Positions 54,782-64,000 of a stretch of DNA of 64,000 nucleotides are shown piece by piece (positions within the stretch are counted from its first letter, which is position 1; each line of letters starts with the position of its first letter). The position numbers and the translations under genes were made by a program. The notes beneath the pieces are model-generated. The model saw only the letters and a program-made list of their open reading frames with translations. It ran no database searches and was not told the DNA's origin. The stretch comes from a virus: UHGV virus genome UHGV-0041314. One strand, 5' to 3'.

Positions 54782-55888
54782 ATGTTGACTAATTCTGAAA
54801 AAAGCAGATTTTTCCTTGCTGACCTGACTGGTGAAGTCCAGTCTATCCCAAATACTTATGGGTATATTTCCAACTTAGGTCTGTTCCGTTCAGCACCAAT
54901 CACCCAAACTACTTTCCTTATGGACTTGACTGATTGGGATGTTAGCTTGCTTGATGCGGTAGACCGTGATAGCCGTAAAGCAGAGACTAGCGCACCTGAG
55001 CGTGTTCGTCAAATCAGCTTCCCAATGATGTACTTCAAAGAAGTTGAAAGCATTACTCCTGATGAAATTCAGGGTGTACGTCAGCCAGGCACTGCAAACG
55101 AACTGACTACTGAAGCTGTAGTACGTGCTAAGAAGCTGATGAAGATTCGTACCAAGTTCGATATTACTCGTGAGTTCCTGTTTATGCAAGCTCTGAAGGG
55201 TAAAGTTGTTGATGCTCGTGGTACTCTGTATGCTGACCTGTACAAGCAGTTCGACGTTGAGAAGAAGACTGTTTACTTCGACCTTGACAACCCTAATGCT
55301 GACATCGACGCTTCTATTGAAGAACTGCGTATGCACATGGAAGACGAAGCTAAGACTGGCACTGTAATCAACGGTGAAGAAATTCACGTAGTTGTTGACC
55401 GTGTATTCTTCAGCAAGCTGACTAAACACCCTAAGATTCGTGATGCCTATCTTGCACAGCAGACCCCACTGGCTTGGCAACAGATTACTGGTTCTCTGAG
55501 AACTGGTGGTACTGACGGCGTTCAGGCTCACATGAACACCTTCTACTACGGTGGTGTTAAGTTTGTCCAGTACAACGGTAAGTTCAAAGACAAGCGTGGT
55601 AAGGTTCATACTCTGGTGAGCATTGATGGTGCTGGTGCAGAGGTTGGTGTAGGACACGCTTTCCCTAACGTTTCTATGCTTGGTGAAGCAAACAACATCT
55701 TCGAAGTGGCTTATGGCCCATGTCCTAAGATGGGTTACGCAAATACACTTGGTCAGGAACTGTACGTATTCGAATACGAAAAAGACCGTGACGAAGGTAT
55801 TGACTTTGAAGCTCACTCTTACATGCTGCCATACTGTACTCGTCCTCAGTTGCTGGTAGACGTTCGTTCTGACGCTAAAGACGAATAA
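54782..55888 (+). CDS. major capsid protein
   Basis: 368 aa after protease/decoration genes; GGAG RBS. Confidence 0.65.
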   Translation: MLTNSEKSRFFLADLTGEVQSIPNTYGYISNLGLFRSAPITQTTFLMDLTDWDVSLLDAVDRDSRKAETSAPERVRQISFPMMYFKEVESITPDEIQGVRQPGTANELTTEAVVRAKKLMKIRTKFDITREFLFMQALKGKVVDARGTLYADLYKQFDVEKKTVYFDLDNPNADIDASIEELRMHMEDEAKTGTVINGEEIHVVVDRVFFSKLTKHPKIRDAYLAQQTPLAWQQITGSLRTGGTDGVQAHMNTFYYGGVKFVQYNGKFKDKRGKVHTLVSIDGAGAEVGVGHAFPNVSMLGEANNIFEVAYGPCPKMGYANTLGQELYVFEYEKDRDEGIDFEAHSYMLPYCTRPQLLVDVRSDAKDE

Positions 55889-55909
55889 TATTCTTAAGGA
55901 GGGTTATGA

Positions 55910-56359
55910 ATGTGTTATACAGGCGACCCAGCCAATAACCCTCTTGATAGAGTAAGAATCCTCTGCACAGACACCAATAATGATGAAATTCTTATTGAAC
56001 AGTCTGTGCTAGAGTGGTTCTATCTAGAATCTGGAAAGGATGAAAAGAAAGCAGCCATCAAAGCTCTTAAATATTTACTCTTTCAAGTAGCCAAGATGGG
56101 AGATGAGAAGGTTGGTGGTGTTTATTTACGTAACTCTTCCAGATTCAAATCTCTGAAAGCTGTTTATGATGACCTTGTTAAAAGCTCTGTTTCAGGACTA
56201 CCCTATGCAGGTGGTATTAACCAGTGCGATATTGATATGCGTCGTCAGAATCCTTGCTCTGTCAAGAAATACACAGAATATGGTGATGCTGCCAGATACG
56301 AAGGCAGAGATTACTGCAACCGTGTTAATGGCGTATTTATTATCGAGCGAGATGAATAA
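55910..56359 (+). CDS. hypothetical head-completion/connector protein
   Basis: AAGGAGGG RBS; ATG 55910. Confidence 0.4.
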   Translation: MCYTGDPANNPLDRVRILCTDTNNDEILIEQSVLEWFYLESGKDEKKAAIKALKYLLFQVAKMGDEKVGGVYLRNSSRFKSLKAVYDDLVKSSVSGLPYAGGINQCDIDMRRQNPCSVKKYTEYGDAARYEGRDYCNRVNGVFIIERDE

Positions 56360-56841
56360 TGGTTAAAAGGGTTATTCACCCCGCTAGAGCAAAATTAGTC
56401 GGGGCTATGAAGAACTTGCAAACGGCTAATGCTCAAGTTGGGTATTTTCAAGAACAAGGTCAACATAGCTCTGGTTTTTCTTATCCTGCTTTAATGTATT
56501 TGCAAGAAGTTATTGGGGTTCCCTCAGCTTCTGGTAAAGTATATCGTAGGTTGTTTGAAATCACTATGATGCTAAACAAACAGACCTTGTTAGAGCAGAC
56601 TAAGAAGAATCTATATAAGCAACTTAGCAGTCTCAACACAGACCCTTCAAATACCTTAGAAGCATTTGCAAAGAATGCTCAAAAGGCAATTAAAAGAGGT
56701 TTTGGTAATTCTGCTATCCTCCCTCCTAACGCACCTTCCACAGTCAAGAAAAAAGGCTTTAATGCACCTCTTGTTGAGACAGGTGACTTAAGGGATAACC
56801 TTGCTTATAAAATTTCTACTAAGAAGGGTATTAAAAAATGA
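56359..56841 (+). CDS. hypothetical head-tail joining protein
   Basis: track ORF, translationally coupled. Confidence 0.35.
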   Translation: MVKRVIHPARAKLVGAMKNLQTANAQVGYFQEQGQHSSGFSYPALMYLQEVIGVPSASGKVYRRLFEITMMLNKQTLLEQTKKNLYKQLSSLNTDPSNTLEAFAKNAQKAIKRGFGNSAILPPNAPSTVKKKGFNAPLVETGDLRDNLAYKISTKKGIKK

Positions 56842-57239
56842 GACTCTTAAACAGACACAGCTTTGTAGTAAAGCGCAAAGCCTCTGAAGATGGTTATTAC
56901 AATGATGATGGTGATTGGGTAGCTTCACAAGATATTGTAGAGGTTAACTGTAAAGGTAATATCCAGCCATATATCAAAGGTTCTGTAAAGAATGGTACAC
57001 AGATTGCTTTACCGGAAGGTATCAGACTTACCGATACAAGAATCCTGTATACCACATATAAACTTAGAACTTCAGATGATGTAGAGTGGAATGAGTCTGA
57101 CATTGTTATGCTTGATGGTCATGAGTATGAAGTATTTATGACTATGGATTGGTCACAGCAATTAGCCCATACATCCCATTATGAATATATCATTATTAGA
57201 AGGGATAAAATGAATGCAGTTAGAAACAGCAGAACTTGA
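56838..57239 (+). CDS. hypothetical head-tail joining protein
   Basis: track ORF. Confidence 0.35.
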   Translation: MRLLNRHSFVVKRKASEDGYYNDDGDWVASQDIVEVNCKGNIQPYIKGSVKNGTQIALPEGIRLTDTRILYTTYKLRTSDDVEWNESDIVMLDGHEYEVFMTMDWSQQLAHTSHYEYIIIRRDKMNAVRNSRT

Positions 57240-57813
57240 AAAAGGTCTAGTTAGAACCTTAGTGGATGTTATTGGTCACAGACTAGCTCGTGATAAAAAT
57301 AATAGACCAAATGTAATTAGAGCTTACCCTTCTGATAACTCAAATGACAAAGGTTTAAAACCTGACCAGCCATTTATTACCGTATATTGTCAAGATGCTG
57401 CAACACCTTATGGTTGGGTTCTTGATAAGTTTGTTGAGGATGATGTAGTTTGCTACAGAATTGCTTTTCAGATTCCAGTATTAATTACGGTAAATGGTAA
57501 AGGTGCTCACAGTATTATGCTTGAGCTTAAACAACGATTAGAGATGAGTTCAGTCAGAGATTTAATTCTTGAAGAGACAGGAGCTACAGTTTTAGACACT
57601 GGAGCTATCCCAAATGACTACACTTATCTTAATACAGATTTCGAAAATTCTGCACCTCTTGTTGTAACTCTTGTAAAAAATTCAGTCCTGAAAGATGAAC
57701 GTGGAAGTATTATTGAGCGTGTCATTGTTGATGGTGAATTAGTTTACGAAGAAGGACAAGAGCCACCAGAATATACTATCCATCTAGATGTAGACTCCAA
57801 AGGGGTAAAATAA
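57214..57813 (+). CDS. hypothetical tail-completion protein
   Basis: track ORF. Confidence 0.35.
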   Translation: MQLETAELEKGLVRTLVDVIGHRLARDKNNRPNVIRAYPSDNSNDKGLKPDQPFITVYCQDAATPYGWVLDKFVEDDVVCYRIAFQIPVLITVNGKGAHSIMLELKQRLEMSSVRDLILEETGATVLDTGAIPNDYTYLNTDFENSAPLVVTLVKNSVLKDERGSIIERVIVDGELVYEEGQEPPEYTIHLDVDSKGVK

Positions 57814-59166
57814 ATGTGGAATCCAATTGTTAATGTAGATATTACATTGAACACCGCAGGAACTACAAGAGAAGGTTTTGGGCTGCCACTATTTTTAGCT
57901 TCAACAGATAACTTTGAAGAAAGAGTCCGTGGTTACACTTCCTTAACTGAAGTTGCTGAAGATTTCGATGAAAATTCTGCTGCATATAAGGCTGCTAAAC
58001 AACTTTGGAGTCAGACTCCTAAAGTAACTCAGCTTTATATTGGTAGACGTGCTATGCAGTACACTGTATCAATTCCTGATGAGGTTACTGAGAGCACCGA
58101 CTATTCTTTAACTGTAGCTGTGAGCGGTGGAGTTTCTCAGCCATTCCAGTACACTTCACAGTCAGAAGATACTGCTGAGAAGGTGCTACAGCAGCTTAAA
58201 ACACAAATTGAAGCAGAACCTTCTGTAAAAGACCTTGTTACTGTCAATGTAACTGGTGCTGGCGGTTCAGCAACAATGGTAATCACCAAAGCTGGCGACA
58301 ATGACTTCGTGAAGGTTACTACTACAGCACAAACAGTGTCAATTGCAAGCACAACTGCTGACACAGCATCGACTGCTCTGGCAGCTATTGAAGCGTATTC
58401 AACTGACTGGTATTTCATTGCAGCAGAAGACAGAACTCAACAGTTTGTCTTAGCAATGGCTTCTGAGATTCAAGCTCGTAAGAAGATTTTCTTTACAGCT
58501 AACTCTGATGTAGCAGCACTGCAAGGTACAGAATTAGCCAGTGCAAATGACGTTCCAGCACAACTTGCTAAGAATAAGTACACTCGTACAGTTTGCTTGT
58601 GGCATCACACAGCAGCAGAAGATTATCCAGAAATGGCATACATTGCTTATGGTGCTCCATATGATGCAGGTTCAATTGCTTGGGGTAACGCACAGTTAAC
58701 TGGTGTAGCTGCTTCTCTACAGCCATCTAATCAGAGACCTCTGACAAGTATTCAGAAGTCAGCTTTAGATGCACGTCACTGTAACTTTATTGACCTTGAT
58801 GGTGGTGTTCCAGTGGTTCGTAGAGGGATTACTTCTGGTGGGGAATGGATTGATATCATCCGTGGTGTTGACTGGTTAGAATCAGACCTGAAAACTTCTC
58901 TGAGAGACTTGCTAATTAACCAGAAGGGTGGTAAGATTACTTATGATGATACTGGTATTACCCGTATTCGTCAAGTCATTGAAACCTCTCTGCAAAGAGC
59001 AGTCAACAGAAACTTCCTGTCATCTTACACAGTTAATGTTCCTAAAGCCTCTCAAGTTGCTTTGGCAGACAAGAAAGCTCGTATCCTGAAAGATGTTACC
59101 TTCTCAGGTATCTTAGCAGGGGCTATCTTGGATGTTGACTTGAAAGGTACAGTGGCTTACGAATAA
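57814..59166 (+). CDS. major tail (tube) protein candidate
   Basis: 450 aa, upstream of chaperone-like pair and tape measure; AAAGGGG RBS. Confidence 0.45.
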   Translation: MWNPIVNVDITLNTAGTTREGFGLPLFLASTDNFEERVRGYTSLTEVAEDFDENSAAYKAAKQLWSQTPKVTQLYIGRRAMQYTVSIPDEVTESTDYSLTVAVSGGVSQPFQYTSQSEDTAEKVLQQLKTQIEAEPSVKDLVTVNVTGAGGSATMVITKAGDNDFVKVTTTAQTVSIASTTADTASTALAAIEAYSTDWYFIAAEDRTQQFVLAMASEIQARKKIFFTANSDVAALQGTELASANDVPAQLAKNKYTRTVCLWHHTAAEDYPEMAYIAYGAPYDAGSIAWGNAQLTGVAASLQPSNQRPLTSIQKSALDARHCNFIDLDGGVPVVRRGITSGGEWIDIIRGVDWLESDLKTSLRDLLINQKGGKITYDDTGITRIRQVIETSLQRAVNRNFLSSYTVNVPKASQVALADKKARILKDVTFSGILAGAILDVDLKGTVAYE

Positions 59167-59181
59167 TAGAGGTAAATTGGA

Positions 59182-59628
59182 ATGGCTATGTATCAGCAAT
59201 ATTCCCCTAAAGACGTTGTGTGTAGCTGGAATGGTATTGCCATTGAAGGCTTTGCCCCAGATTCATTCTTACGTCTACAGAGAACATCACCACTTGTGAC
59301 ACCAGTTGTAGGTGCAGGTGGTCAGGTTGCTCTGACAAGAAATGCAGATAAGACAGGTACTATTGAGATTGAGTTAATGCAGACTTCTCTCTCTAATCAG
59401 ATGCTTTCTGCAATTCAAGCTAAACAAGACAATATGGAACTTGAAGAAGATATCTCTTCTAACTTCGTAATCTACGACCCATCAGGCTCTGTTCTGGCAA
59501 CTGGTATTAATGCTTGGTTGCAGGAACTACCACAGATTGAACTTGGTCGTGACCAGAACTCTAAAACTTGGATTTTTGGTTGTGAGAAGCTAGACTACAC
59601 TTCTACAATTCCAGCGTCAAGTGTTTAA
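59182..59628 (+). CDS. hypothetical tail protein
   Basis: track ORF; AGAGG RBS. Confidence 0.35.
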   Translation: MAMYQQYSPKDVVCSWNGIAIEGFAPDSFLRLQRTSPLVTPVVGAGGQVALTRNADKTGTIEIELMQTSLSNQMLSAIQAKQDNMELEEDISSNFVIYDPSGSVLATGINAWLQELPQIELGRDQNSKTWIFGCEKLDYTSTIPASSV

Positions 59629-59701
59629 TAAATCCTATAAGGGGGAGACTTTAAAAGGTCTTCCCCTTTTTTGTTTCTTTTAAAAGTATTAAGGAATCAC
59701 A

Positions 59702-60100
59702 ATGAAAACAGAATCTAGAGTAATTAATGGTAAGAAAGTAAATATCGTTCTGCTTGGGGCAAGAGATGGTATTAAGATGTCTATGAAGTTGGGTAAAATT
59801 GTTGTTCCAACATTTGCACAGATGCTGTCAAGCCTGACTGATAAAGATAAGAAAGAAGCTCCAATGGTTCCATTTAAAGAACTTGTTGAAGCTTGTTTTG
59901 ACAGAATTGAGGAAATTAACCTTGAAGAAATGGCTACCCTGTTATTTCAAGGGGCAACTGTTGATGACTTCCCACTTAATATTGATACATACTTCCAAGC
60001 AAACTATGGTGAATTTATTGATTACTTAGCATTTGCGCTGGAGGCAAACTTCGGAAGTTTTTTCGAAGCAAGCATTTTCAAAAGCCTAACTTCTCAGTAA
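59702..60100 (+). CDS. tail assembly chaperone candidate
   Basis: 132 aa directly upstream of tape measure; AAGGA RBS. Confidence 0.4.
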   Translation: MKTESRVINGKKVNIVLLGARDGIKMSMKLGKIVVPTFAQMLSSLTDKDKKEAPMVPFKELVEACFDRIEEINLEEMATLLFQGATVDDFPLNIDTYFQANYGEFIDYLAFALEANFGSFFEASIFKSLTSQ

Positions 60101-60102
60101 AC

Positions 60103-60341
60103 ATGGGTAACACTCTACAGACACCACTAACTGATGCTGCTGTAGAGGCAACCTATGAAGAAGCAGACGAGATGAAATTTGTGCTTGCTATTTATGGTAT
60201 GGAAGGGTGTAAAGAAACACTTGACCAACTCTTTGCTATGACATTCTCTGATTTATTATCATTGAGACAATTTCTTGAAATTCAGAGGTCGTATAAAGAG
60301 GAAATTGCTTACAACGAACTTAGAAGAGCAGGAAAAATGTA

Positions 60342-60342
<1 letters not shown>
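60103..60342 (+). CDS. tail assembly chaperone candidate (second small ORF)
   Basis: 79 aa, overlaps tape measure start. Confidence 0.35.

Positions 60343-64000
<3,658 letters not shown>

Noticed and set aside
54890-55816. 308-aa minus-strand ORF antisense to the major capsid gene
   Set aside because: Entirely contained within the plus-strand capsid gene, no RBS, low-complexity composition; the plus-strand gene fits the structural operon.

Overview
This 64-kb window is from a large tailed dsDNA phage with a T4/T5-like metabolic gene set (class I and class III ribonucleotide reductases, rIIA/rIIB, homing-endonuclease-like nucleases, a large tRNA cluster) and a lambda/HK97-style head plus long-tail module. 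Layout: (i) 1-24.5 kb, plus-strand DNA/nucleotide-metabolism block including a PRPP-synthetase-like + Nampt-like pair (candidate NARP1-type NAD+ reconstitution module), a macro-domain protein and an overlapping spanin-like pair; (ii) 24.5-31.6 kb, an array of 16 small plus-strand genes, almost all preceded by one of two conserved ~90-bp stem-loop/promoter/leader cassettes (PeSL-like hyperplastic region), one product showing an ADP-ribosyltransferase-like HGT motif; (iii) 31.6-33.2 kb, a 1.6-kb non-coding, repeat-dense region at a convergent transcription junction; (iv) 33.2-41.0 kb, minus-strand block with a GH24 lysozyme and a protein with four tandem Ig-like repeats plus a short paralog; (v) 41.3-43.2 kb, a vWA/MIDAS protein that may be Ro60/Rsr-like; (vi) 43.3-48.7 kb, about 27 tRNA genes (all called by eye, several irregular) interspersed with structured non-tRNA RNAs, including a circularly permuted tRNA-like module inside a long bulged helix (Y-RNA/YrlA-like candidate); (vii) 48.9-64 kb, structural module (large terminase, portal, S49-type protease/scaffold, decoration-like protein, major capsid, tail proteins, tape measure). 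The ORF track uses TTG/GTG as start codons, so several starts were moved to in-frame ATGs with a Shine-Dalgarno motif. All functional calls rest on motifs read by eye, not on database searches.
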